Of a stretch of 64,000 bases of DNA, positions 46,401 through 54,836 are shown piece by piece (the first letter of the stretch is position 1; every line of letters starts with the position of its first letter). The translations under genes and the position numbers were made by a program. Origin of the DNA: a virus. Taxonomy: Duplodnaviria; Caudoviricetes. The DNA lies in IMG/VR virus record IMGVR_UViG_3300030372_001977, positions 19,693 through 83,692 of that record. One strand, given 5' to 3'. Under the pieces are notes generated by a model. The model saw nothing but the letters and a program-made list of their open reading frames with translations. It searched no databases and was not told the origin of the DNA.

Positions 46401-48211
46401 CGTAAGTTCTCTCTTTGGTTATAAACAGCATCTTCTGCTTTTCTTTCTTCCTCAGACATCATCATTCTAGGTAATCCCATAGTTTTAGGGACTGGTGGGA
46501 ACATATCGTTTATATTCTTATATGTCTTTTCAAATTTATCAAGTTTAGTTTCTAAATTTTTAATTACATCTGATTTAGACTTACCTCCAGTTTGCTCTTC
46601 TAGCGTTATTTCTGTATCATACCCAAACGCTTTTGCAAAATCTTGATCACTTAAAGACTTAGAGTCTTTTAGTTTTTCTCTAAATACATCATAGGTTCCG
46701 TTCTCTAGTGCTGCAAATGCATTATATTGCATTAGTTTAAACTGGGCATCTTTAAAAGCTTTAATATCTCCAGACCTTCTAGCATTTTCCATGTCTGCAA
46801 CCACCTTAGCTTGAGCGTTGTAGTTTAGCATTTTATTATTAACGTTATCCATAAACCCTCCATTAATAACATCAGCAGCATATTGCGCTGCAGCTTTTCT
46901 TTGTTCAAACTCTCCGGCTGCAGTACTTCTTACACCTGCCATTCCACCCCCTACTATAGCCCCAACTAACATAGATTCTAAACCTTCTTGACTTCCTAAA
47001 GTTTCTGTAATACCTTTATATAAAGATTCAGTCATGCTAGCCATACCACCATCATAGTATTTATCTGTATGGTAATCAGTAGCTATTATATTAGATGCAA
47101 ACTGCCATCCTTCTTGACCTGCCTCTGCTAGTGCGCCTTGTCCTGTAGGTTTTAATCTAGACAGAGCATTTCTATATATACCCTGATCTGCTACTCTACT
47201 AACTGTTTTATTTAGCGCAGCATCAAATGCTACATCTTTATTTACTCTAGACGCCGGTTTAAATCCAGCAACCGCTCTTCCAAACATAAACAAGTTAGTA
47301 CCAGCAAGAACTGGTAACTGAGTTATAAAGTTTCTATTACCTGCAGCATAAGAAGCGTCTTCTATACCTTTTAAATCTACCTCACTTAACTGTGATGCAT
47401 CTGTAAATCCTCGTTCTTCTAACTCTTTATTTAATAGATCTTCATAAACACCTTTTTGAGTTTCTCTTGCTTCTACTGATGCTTCTGCTAACGACATATA
47501 AAGACCCATTTCAGTCATGTTAGCTAAATTAATAAATCCTTGTCTAGTAAATCTGCTTCCTTTTTCAACAGCGCCTGCTATCTTTGTACCATTTGCTAGT
47601 GCTTTACTAGTATTATATAAGGCCATTGATTTAGCACTTTTTCCAATCAATCCTACACCTCCTGTTAAAGCCATAGTTGCTATAGATCCTATACTGTAAC
47701 CTAAACCATTCATTACTGTATCAGCCCAAAAGTTAGCTGTAAGAAGTTTTCTTCCTGTAGACATTTCTTGTTCCTCTTGAGTTCTGTAGTTAGGAAATCT
47801 TTCCCGCATAGCCTCGTTCATCTTATCTACATTCTGCCCAATAAAATTATCATAGTATGCTCCACCAGAAACCATTTCTCCTATTCCAAATGCAATTCCT
47901 AATGTATTTTCTGCTACAGCTCCTAATGTAGTTACACCAGCCTTACCCAAACCACGCATCCATTTTTCTCCTGTGCCTTGATTTTTAGCTCTTTCTTCGT
48001 CCCAATTAAAATATCTAGTTGTAGGTACGTCATATTTTTTGTATTTACTAACATCATCTTGATACATATTAGTAAAGTTCATAGAATCGTAAGGATACTT
48101 TTCTAATATACCTGAACCAGCGTAAGAAGCGTTACCTTTTTCAATAGTTATACCCTTAGTAACAGGCTCCTCTTGTTGTAAATTAGTCTGTGGATTTATA
48201 ATAATAGCCAT
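43484..48211 (-). CDS. Giant ejected virion protein with N-terminal membrane-spanning segments
   Basis: 1575 aa; Gly/Ala-rich hydrophobic segments (GLGKAGVTTLGAVAENTLGIAFGIG; GLGYSIGSIATMALTGGVGLIG); only Cys is the last residue. Confidence 0.7.
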   Translation of the reverse strand: MAIIINPQTNLQQEEPVTKGITIEKGNASYAGSGILEKYPYDSMNFTNMYQDDVSKYKKYDVPTTRYFNWDEERAKNQGTGEKWMRGLGKAGVTTLGAVAENTLGIAFGIGEMVSGGAYYDNFIGQNVDKMNEAMRERFPNYRTQEEQEMSTGRKLLTANFWADTVMNGLGYSIGSIATMALTGGVGLIGKSAKSMALYNTSKALANGTKIAGAVEKGSRFTRQGFINLANMTEMGLYMSLAEASVEARETQKGVYEDLLNKELEERGFTDASQLSEVDLKGIEDASYAAGNRNFITQLPVLAGTNLFMFGRAVAGFKPASRVNKDVAFDAALNKTVSRVADQGIYRNALSRLKPTGQGALAEAGQEGWQFASNIIATDYHTDKYYDGGMASMTESLYKGITETLGSQEGLESMLVGAIVGGGMAGVRSTAAGEFEQRKAAAQYAADVINGGFMDNVNNKMLNYNAQAKVVADMENARRSGDIKAFKDAQFKLMQYNAFAALENGTYDVFREKLKDSKSLSDQDFAKAFGYDTEITLEEQTGGKSKSDVIKNLETKLDKFEKTYKNINDMFPPVPKTMGLPRMMMSEEERKAEDAVYNQRENLRAELVLRASGIGNRNERLENIQKQMKTLIQEAEKINGVKIKTDIDLLLNPGEDLLVDETGEYNAREEVNIIAKTFQDIQQELVKKNALAATMPFTKLAEDYLSLFMDNSVSIEAYNKLSSSKYFQDLFEETVKANQESAKLVAKDKKAKEDIANAETSDQVNDAVPEDASSAAKMTAKQKRQELKRQEQEAERNYLKLNKNKSLKDQLKVLQSLAKEETNLSPTERKGLENAIKLLENKIKKNDTSEIQDDEIVDELVLDESTIISDENNDNIKNNKPQERSVPRKPKASSDKNITGNKNTSPGQLNIVSATNVEEVINVGTPEDPVYKVPVDENGNTVEPDPDTITDEIIDNSYEGVFGTFGNIKVLTDTAVSEAKAGAKSQKGVDPNTLTYEEAQKQFDAMLEFIEKRIRMNEILRKQGKPIMSAQRIIDEVYQAHIKLGTPGSILQFIVASESASLKNYIKNRVDQGVVKETAIDKPILLQPDLLLKEDILEEEIELEIIENDWYKSDRLNKAEESWTEIPIYYKIGNAYVGKLEVSNNPERKAIVDKLQKGQRVTTKISSIKANNFNNTVNADTLEIHFHNPTETFGKEDDILLGFTSAVKEGDTLTYQWTLGEVHPDKNKLNELNSIKTEVQNDVTPGALNQIGIVIKKENNPEGIARMSIASTANLNAQARDKVLEALANKQYDVAAQIVASSSIRSGANTNPSYLEFAEFEDGTKYIVYNSPKLGKLIRINENELAKGLGTDQESTFHIVTEKNEKFVGGKSDTTKSKLDLAKDLTEFLETKKYNVDRDLGNQKTPYTSPVTDIQYSSYQEYLFSSKELGDEARVDGVGYNAILTTDITRKGESMFNSPRVIFEKGDLLGETAPEIIKNTKIKREAFIASEQNMKNIYSSSETRNQAVNIEVKRRKALKGVTNQTLINEINDKYDMQLAAIRPETKVETKSKTKTIKKSDNDQLNIFFDDLGKKC

Positions 48212-48214
48212 AAA

Positions 48215-50587
48215 TTATATGTCTTGTCCGTTTTTAATTAAAGATCCTTCAATTTCTTTTAAACCGTCTTCTAGATCATATTCTGTATCTCCAATAAATA
48301 TTTTATTAGCTGACTTTCCTGCTTCCTTAGCTTCATCACTATCATAGTATACAAAGGTTACAGAGCCTCCAAATATTTCTGGACTCCAGCTTCTTACATT
48401 AGCCCATATACCTTGTCTATACATACTTCTAACTCTAAACTGCATAGAGCTTGTATAGTTATTTAGTGCAGAACCTTCTGATCCTACTATATTTGTAGCA
48501 TCTACATAATAAATTTTAATATCACCAGTTTTTGGATGTTTATAAGGAAGTGCTATTAAAGCTTTACCATCAGGCCTAGCAACGTGTACTAATCCTATTT
48601 GATCTAAAACTAGCTCTGGATTTTCATCTCTTTTTCCTAAATCCATATCGTCTTTTATTTCAGAAGATTTTATAACTTTATCGTCTGGAGTAATTACTTC
48701 CATTTTATCTCCTCCTGGTAATCCTTCTTTAAATATAGACTTTATATTTTTAGCTGTTTTACCTGTAGGGTCAGAGAAGCTAGGCATTACTATTGCATCC
48801 GTTGGAATTTCTGCATCAAGATAATCATTTATTTTCTTTTTATCTTTACCTACTTTTTTGTTAAATTCTCTTAGCATAGAGTTAGTTGACGAATATAAAT
48901 TTCTAGTCAGGTCAGGAATAGTCATTCTTGATCTATCTATATTATCTTGTCTCTGTGTTGTAAGAGAGTCAATAACCTTTTTTAGAAGTGCTTTATTAGA
49001 GTTTAGTTCTTCTAGCCCTGAACTAACAGTGTAATTACCTCCTTCTACCGTATTTAATGTTTTTATTAAATCGCTAACAGACACATCTCCTCCCGTAAAG
49101 TCTCCACCTCTTCTTACATTAGAAAACAAATTATTCATTTGAACAGTATAATCATCTTTACTCATATTAAATGCTGCTTGATAAGCTTCTGATTCTTGTA
49201 TTGAAGCAAGCTCTATTAGTCTAGTATCATATTGTACTTGTCTAGATAAAGCTCTAGCCCGATCTGCACTTAACCCATACTTTATTGTCATATCATCATA
49301 ATCTTCTGCACTAGAAGCATTTAATGCATCAGCAATAAACTGTGGTCCTTTTTTAGGATCATTTCTAAATTTATTAAGATCATTATTAGAATTAGCAACT
49401 AACTTTTGTTTTTCTTCTAAAGTAGTTCCGCCTAACACATCTACTACTAATCCTTTAACTCCTACTCTATATGATATATTTGTAGGTACTCTGTTTGGAT
49501 CATTTGCAGCTTTTAGGCTAGATCCTTCTGTAAAGTCTTGAACTGCTTTTTTAGATTTAACTCCTGCGTATTTTGTAATTGCATTGTCTAAATAGTAATA
49601 TCTTTTAGCATCATTAGCTAGTAGAGTTACTAAGGCTACATCATTTACACCCCTAGCTTTAGCTTCTTCTATAGTATCTAGTACAGCTATGTTTTTTTCT
49701 AACTTAATTTCCTCAGCATCACTCAAGTCTTTTTTATCTTCTAACTTCTCTGTCTCTGCTTCTATAACGCTTACTATTTGTGCTAGCTTATCAAAAGCCT
49801 TAGTGTTTCCAGTTTCTGTATTTATATCAGCTAGCGCATAATTTTCTAAGTGAGCTTTTTGATAAATAGATGAACTAACATTAGGTTGATTTAATACACT
49901 GTTAACCACACTTGAAACTAAATCTTCATCTAATTTTTTCTCATAAGTTCCTGACTTCATGTAATATGCAGGAGACTGTGTTGCAGGATCAAGTTTTGTT
50001 ATAATGTTCATTTCTGCATCTAGTGGAAATTCCATTCCTGTACTATCTATTTCAGTCATTACTACATCTTTCATGTGTTTAATTATCTCCTCCTCTACAT
50101 TAACATCATGTACATAAGAAGAGCCATTGAACAAAGAATCATCATCTACACTACCATCTTCTCTGTACTGCACGCCTTTATAATTGTATAAAGACTCTGC
50201 TAATCTACCATCTTTTGTTTGTGAATCTATTTTACCATCTTGGTAATCTTTTTCTAACTGAGCAGCATATGTATCATACCTCATCTTGCTTACCTTAATA
50301 GGTTGATAATCATTTGTAAAAGCTCTAGCATCTTTTTGTATAGCTACACCTTTCATCTCATAATTACCTTGCTCTGCTCTTTGATTTAGTTGTGTATTGT
50401 ATTTTTGTATAAGGGCTTGTTTAGTTTCATCATCAGCGCCTAAAGAATCCATTTCTAAAATAGCTTGAGCTAATGCATCATCAGCTGCTAAATTTTGCAC
50501 GTATCTATCTCGTAACAATTTTGTAATTTCTACAGCCCCAGTATCTCTATACATAGATTGTGGAGCGGGTAATTGGTATCTTGCCAT
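48215..50587 (-). CDS. Putative internal/ejected virion protein
   Basis: 790 aa, Cys-free, helical; located in the cargo cluster. Confidence 0.55.
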   Translation of the reverse strand: MARYQLPAPQSMYRDTGAVEITKLLRDRYVQNLAADDALAQAILEMDSLGADDETKQALIQKYNTQLNQRAEQGNYEMKGVAIQKDARAFTNDYQPIKVSKMRYDTYAAQLEKDYQDGKIDSQTKDGRLAESLYNYKGVQYREDGSVDDDSLFNGSSYVHDVNVEEEIIKHMKDVVMTEIDSTGMEFPLDAEMNIITKLDPATQSPAYYMKSGTYEKKLDEDLVSSVVNSVLNQPNVSSSIYQKAHLENYALADINTETGNTKAFDKLAQIVSVIEAETEKLEDKKDLSDAEEIKLEKNIAVLDTIEEAKARGVNDVALVTLLANDAKRYYYLDNAITKYAGVKSKKAVQDFTEGSSLKAANDPNRVPTNISYRVGVKGLVVDVLGGTTLEEKQKLVANSNNDLNKFRNDPKKGPQFIADALNASSAEDYDDMTIKYGLSADRARALSRQVQYDTRLIELASIQESEAYQAAFNMSKDDYTVQMNNLFSNVRRGGDFTGGDVSVSDLIKTLNTVEGGNYTVSSGLEELNSNKALLKKVIDSLTTQRQDNIDRSRMTIPDLTRNLYSSTNSMLREFNKKVGKDKKKINDYLDAEIPTDAIVMPSFSDPTGKTAKNIKSIFKEGLPGGDKMEVITPDDKVIKSSEIKDDMDLGKRDENPELVLDQIGLVHVARPDGKALIALPYKHPKTGDIKIYYVDATNIVGSEGSALNNYTSSMQFRVRSMYRQGIWANVRSWSPEIFGGSVTFVYYDSDEAKEAGKSANKIFIGDTEYDLEDGLKEIEGSLIKNGQDI

Positions 50588-50591
50588 ATTA

Positions 50592-53486
50592 TTAACTTTT
50601 TATTTTAAAACTTTGAGATTCCTCATCCCAGGTTAAGCCTTCTATAAAAGGTATAGTACTTCTTTGATAAACACCTGTATCAGATCCTATAGCTTCTGCC
50701 ATAGCCATATCTGCTTTATAATCTAAAATATCACCAAAACCTGTTTGTAAACTTTGTGCTAAACTACTTATTCCTGCATACTTTTGGAACTCCATATCAT
50801 CCTGACGTTTTTGTCTTCTTTGTGTATTCATTTCATCTACCTGATCTTTTCTAGCAGCTTCTGCTCTAATCATTTGAGCATTTACTATAGATGCTTGTTG
50901 AGATCTTCTTAAGTTATCTAAAGTCATTTGCTGTTCTAGCTGTGCTTCAGTATTTTGTACACCTATATTAGCCCTAGTTTCTGCAGCTCTAATTTTCATT
51001 TTAGCGTCTTGACCTCGGCTAAATGCCATCATTTTATTAACCATGTTAGCTGGTCCTCCACCAGAAGTTTCAATATATTTATTCATACCTCTTACCTCTG
51101 CTCCAACATTTGCTATATCTTGATTATAATCATATCTTTCTAATCTTGGAGCTACTCCTCTTTCTGGTACAATAGGTGTTCTAAACCCTTTAGTATAGCC
51201 CGCCTGCTGTGCAGCAGGTTGTTTGTATAACAAAGAAAATGCTGCTGGTATTATACCTGCTCCCATTCCCGCATAAGCTTGCCAAGGAACTTTTGCAGTT
51301 TTATCTTTATCTTTATCTTCCTCATCTTCCTCGTCAATTATCACATCTGTCGGATTATACTCAGGCATTTCTACTGTTTGTAATTCTGGCTCAGTAGTAT
51401 TAACAGTTAATTGTTTTATTTCTTTAGGTTTAATGCTAATTAGATCTTGATCTTTTCTTTCCCACTGATCTGTATCCTCATTATATTCTAATTCGTTTTC
51501 AGCCCTTTCATAGTCTTCTATACTTTGAATATCTAAATCTAAAAGATCTTTAGCTGCTTTATCAAACCTGTCTGTATCTCCACCTTCTGGCATTGGTCCT
51601 GGAGTAGTTGGTAACATGTCTGAATCAGTAGGTAATAATTGTAAAGGTTTTTGCTCTATGGTTAAAGGTTTACTGTCTTCAACGTCAACCTGATCTATAA
51701 GAGTATTTTCTAATATTTCTTTCTCACTCATACGAATTCCTGTATTAAGAGTTTCTTCTCCTAATAACCCATCATCCTCAATTTCTCTGTCTGGATATTT
51801 AGCATTATAAGCTTGTTGATATGCTAAAACTTTGGCTGGATCTTGTAAATCACTAAACTTAGTTATACCTGCAGCATCTAATACTTCTTGATCTACGTTA
51901 TCCATCCATGTTGGACCAAAATCCTCTCCTTGACTTTCTATATAACTCTGCAGCTGAGGATCATCAAGATAAAACTTTTCATCTCCAATAGTTACTTCTG
52001 GTTGATTCTCTGGTATACCTTCTGTTCCTGGTAAGAAAGACTCTTCCCCTTTTCTTTTCTTTTCAAGGCTTTCATCTGCTTTAACACTATCAATTAATTT
52101 TTGTATCTCAGATGGTTTTATTTTTTTAGGAAGCTTTATACCAAGATCTTTAGCTTCTTGTATAAGAGCTTCGTTTCTTGCTTTTATTTCTTCTTTTCTT
52201 ATTCTTTCTTGCTCTGCTTTTTCTTCAGCTTCTCTTTCCTCTTGCTCTAAAATCATTTCTTCTGCTTCTATTGCATCAGATAGTTCTGACTCTTGAGTCT
52301 CCCATTCTGTTAATGCTGCTTCATACTCTGCTTTAGCTGCATTATACGCTTCTAATTCTTTTTGAAAAGCTTCTTCTCTTTTCTTTTCTGCTCTCATTTC
52401 AGCTGCTGTAGGTGTTCTACCAAAATAAGCAGTCTTTTTAAATTTAGGTTCTTTTAAATCAAAAGTAGGTTTATTAGCTTCATGCTTATCATATGCTTTT
52501 TGTGCATTTTCTAACGCTCCACCTGTTTGATATTTAACCACTCCCCCTAGCTTAGCTACTTTATTAGGATTTCTACCTGCTGCTTTTTCTTGCATTCTAG
52601 CAAGCATATTAATTTCTTCTTGGTCTCCACCATTTCTTAGTATATCTTTATGCATATCAGCAAATGACTTACCACCTTTCTTTAAATAAGACGAAAAGAA
52701 ATAATCTCTTTTACCTCCTTTTTTAGCCATACTTACCTGGTCCATAGTTTCTCCGTCTTCTACCTCTGTTTGACTATCCATCATAATACCACCTTCATCA
52801 TGTGTTTGCCCTTCAAACTCTACAGCATCACTACCAGGTATAGGTTTTACCATTCCTCCAGGTAATCTCATTCCACCCATTTGCTTCATACTACCCATAC
52901 CTAGAAGACCTGAATGCGCTGCTAAATCACCAACTGTTATATCTCCACCACCAGCTCTTTCAGTATTTTTACCTAAGTTAGGTAATTTATCACCATATCT
53001 TTTAAACGTTTCATACCCAAGAGCTCCAGCTGTCAGTGTTCCTCCGGCTACTCCTATAACAGGAGCAAACCTAGGAAGTGCAGCTTGTAGACCTTTTTTA
53101 ACTACTTGTTTACCTGCAAATTCTCCTGCACCTTTAGCGTAATCTACAACATTAAAACCTCCTGCTTGCATAACAGACATTGCTGCTGATAAATCTCTAT
53201 TAACATCGGCAACATTAACACTACCCCCATAAGTAGGAGCGTCTTTGCCAAAAGGTCTATAAATTTGTTCTCCTGTAAATGTATTTACTCCGGTTTTAGG
53301 ATCTACAACTGGTTGTGCATATGCGTTAGTAGCTCCTAAAATCATACCTGCAGGACCACTAACTCTTTTAGCAACTCCTTTGATAAAAGGTTTTATTCCT
53401 TTTAATCCAAACTTAAGTGCTTTTCTTAAAGAACTTTTCTTTGATCCTCCTGATTGATATTTTGTTTTTAATTTTTTTCTATGCAT
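50592..53486 (-). CDS. Putative cargo (poly)protein with repeated xQxGG/xKxGG motifs
   Basis: 964 aa, Cys-free; motifs YQSGG, MQAGG, MKQMGG, AKKGG, LKKGG, AKLGG, YQTGG; conserved-looking EFEGQTHDEGG...EVEDGETM domain. Confidence 0.55.
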   Translation of the reverse strand: MHRKKLKTKYQSGGSKKSSLRKALKFGLKGIKPFIKGVAKRVSGPAGMILGATNAYAQPVVDPKTGVNTFTGEQIYRPFGKDAPTYGGSVNVADVNRDLSAAMSVMQAGGFNVVDYAKGAGEFAGKQVVKKGLQAALPRFAPVIGVAGGTLTAGALGYETFKRYGDKLPNLGKNTERAGGGDITVGDLAAHSGLLGMGSMKQMGGMRLPGGMVKPIPGSDAVEFEGQTHDEGGIMMDSQTEVEDGETMDQVSMAKKGGKRDYFFSSYLKKGGKSFADMHKDILRNGGDQEEINMLARMQEKAAGRNPNKVAKLGGVVKYQTGGALENAQKAYDKHEANKPTFDLKEPKFKKTAYFGRTPTAAEMRAEKKREEAFQKELEAYNAAKAEYEAALTEWETQESELSDAIEAEEMILEQEEREAEEKAEQERIRKEEIKARNEALIQEAKDLGIKLPKKIKPSEIQKLIDSVKADESLEKKRKGEESFLPGTEGIPENQPEVTIGDEKFYLDDPQLQSYIESQGEDFGPTWMDNVDQEVLDAAGITKFSDLQDPAKVLAYQQAYNAKYPDREIEDDGLLGEETLNTGIRMSEKEILENTLIDQVDVEDSKPLTIEQKPLQLLPTDSDMLPTTPGPMPEGGDTDRFDKAAKDLLDLDIQSIEDYERAENELEYNEDTDQWERKDQDLISIKPKEIKQLTVNTTEPELQTVEMPEYNPTDVIIDEEDEEDKDKDKTAKVPWQAYAGMGAGIIPAAFSLLYKQPAAQQAGYTKGFRTPIVPERGVAPRLERYDYNQDIANVGAEVRGMNKYIETSGGGPANMVNKMMAFSRGQDAKMKIRAAETRANIGVQNTEAQLEQQMTLDNLRRSQQASIVNAQMIRAEAARKDQVDEMNTQRRQKRQDDMEFQKYAGISSLAQSLQTGFGDILDYKADMAMAEAIGSDTGVYQRSTIPFIEGLTWDEESQSFKIKS

Positions 53487-53497
53487 AGTTATATTTT

Positions 53498-54835
53498 TTA
53501 AGCGGCATATCCATATCTAGGCATACCCATTCTCATACCTCCCATCTGTGCAATAACATTTCTACCTAAATCATATCCAGAATATGTTTTTTGCTGCATC
53601 TCTCCAGCTCTCATTCTAGCCATTTGTGCCCCATATCTTTTACGTAACTGTTTATTGTCTTTTTGTACTTTTTCTTTTCTTTTTGCTTCTAGTTTAGCTT
53701 CTTCTTTTCTAGCCTTCTTTCTTCCCGCTAGTCCTGTCCATATAGCCTTACCAGTACCAATAAGAGCTCCTGCTGCAGCACCTACTGCATTTCCTACACC
53801 AGGTATTACAGATCCTAACATAGCTCCGTATCCTGCATATTCTCCAGCATCTCCTAATATATCAAAAGATGCTTCTTTAGCTGTCCAAGTAGTTTCATCT
53901 TGATCATCAACAAAAGCACCCCCTATGTTTCCTACTAAACTTGCTGCCATAGCAATTGCATTTGGATTTACAGAAGATGCTGCTGCACTTTTTATACCTT
54001 CTTTACCAACTGCCTTTCCAGTTTCTTTAAGAGCTTCTTTTCCAACTTCCTTAGCAACTTCTTTACCAACTGTTTGAACTCCTGTTTCAACTAATTCTGG
54101 TACAGCCTGCTGTCCAAACGCAGACAAAGCATCTTTTGCTCCAAAGCCTACAAGCTCTCCTGTAATTTCTTTACCAGCTTGCTTAGTTGCTTGCTGAGCT
54201 AGCATACCACTTACTTCTGACTTAAGAGCAGATCCAGCAGCTTGACTACCTGCCCACTTTAAACCTTGTTGTTGTAATTGTTGTTGTGCTCTTTTTTGCA
54301 AAAATTTTGTACCTTGTTCTATACCCATTTTTGCATAACCTGCTATTTGTTCAGTTTTTTGTCCGGCCTGTGCTCCTGCTTGCTGAACAGCTACTTTATC
54401 CATTTCTTCTTGCTGCTTTAGCTCTTGTTCAGTTGATTCAGCCTCTCTTGTTAAAGCTTCTTTTTCTTGCTCCATAGCAGAAATTCTTTCTTCTTGTAAT
54501 CTAGGATCACTCTCTTGGTATACAATATTAGCTGTGCTTCCTGCATTACCTTGTCCTGCAGCTGCCACTGTATTGTCAGCATACATACCACCCATCTGAT
54601 GCATCATGCGTTCCATATAACCACCTTTTTTCATATATCTTGCAGATGCACGTTTAGCTTTTTTAATTTCTTCTAAACTTTTTTTAGCGTCTGTAAACCT
54701 ATTAATTTCAGAATCATATCGAGAGCGTATTCCTCCTGATTGTAACATTGATTTAATTCTGTTTGCCTGACTTCTGTGCATTGCAGATGCTTTTAAAAGT
54801 TCTTTTGATATTTTTTTAAGTTTTTTTGTTTTCAT
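53498..54835 (-). CDS. Putative cargo protein with glycine-zipper transmembrane region
   Basis: 445 aa; GYGAMLGSVIPGVGNAVGAAAGALIG; KE-rich amphipathic repeats; LQSGG, MKKGG, HQMGG, AQMGG. Confidence 0.55.
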   Translation of the reverse strand: MKTKKLKKISKELLKASAMHRSQANRIKSMLQSGGIRSRYDSEINRFTDAKKSLEEIKKAKRASARYMKKGGYMERMMHQMGGMYADNTVAAAGQGNAGSTANIVYQESDPRLQEERISAMEQEKEALTREAESTEQELKQQEEMDKVAVQQAGAQAGQKTEQIAGYAKMGIEQGTKFLQKRAQQQLQQQGLKWAGSQAAGSALKSEVSGMLAQQATKQAGKEITGELVGFGAKDALSAFGQQAVPELVETGVQTVGKEVAKEVGKEALKETGKAVGKEGIKSAAASSVNPNAIAMAASLVGNIGGAFVDDQDETTWTAKEASFDILGDAGEYAGYGAMLGSVIPGVGNAVGAAAGALIGTGKAIWTGLAGRKKARKEEAKLEAKRKEKVQKDNKQLRKRYGAQMARMRAGEMQQKTYSGYDLGRNVIAQMGGMRMGMPRYGYAA

Positions 54836-54836
54836 A

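Noticed and set aside
53950-54200. KE-rich repeats (GKEVAKEVGKEALKETGKAVGKEG) as a DNA repeat or diversity-generating target
   Set aside because: Imperfect protein-level amphipathic repeats with no adenine-specific variable/template repeat pair and no reverse transcriptase in the window.
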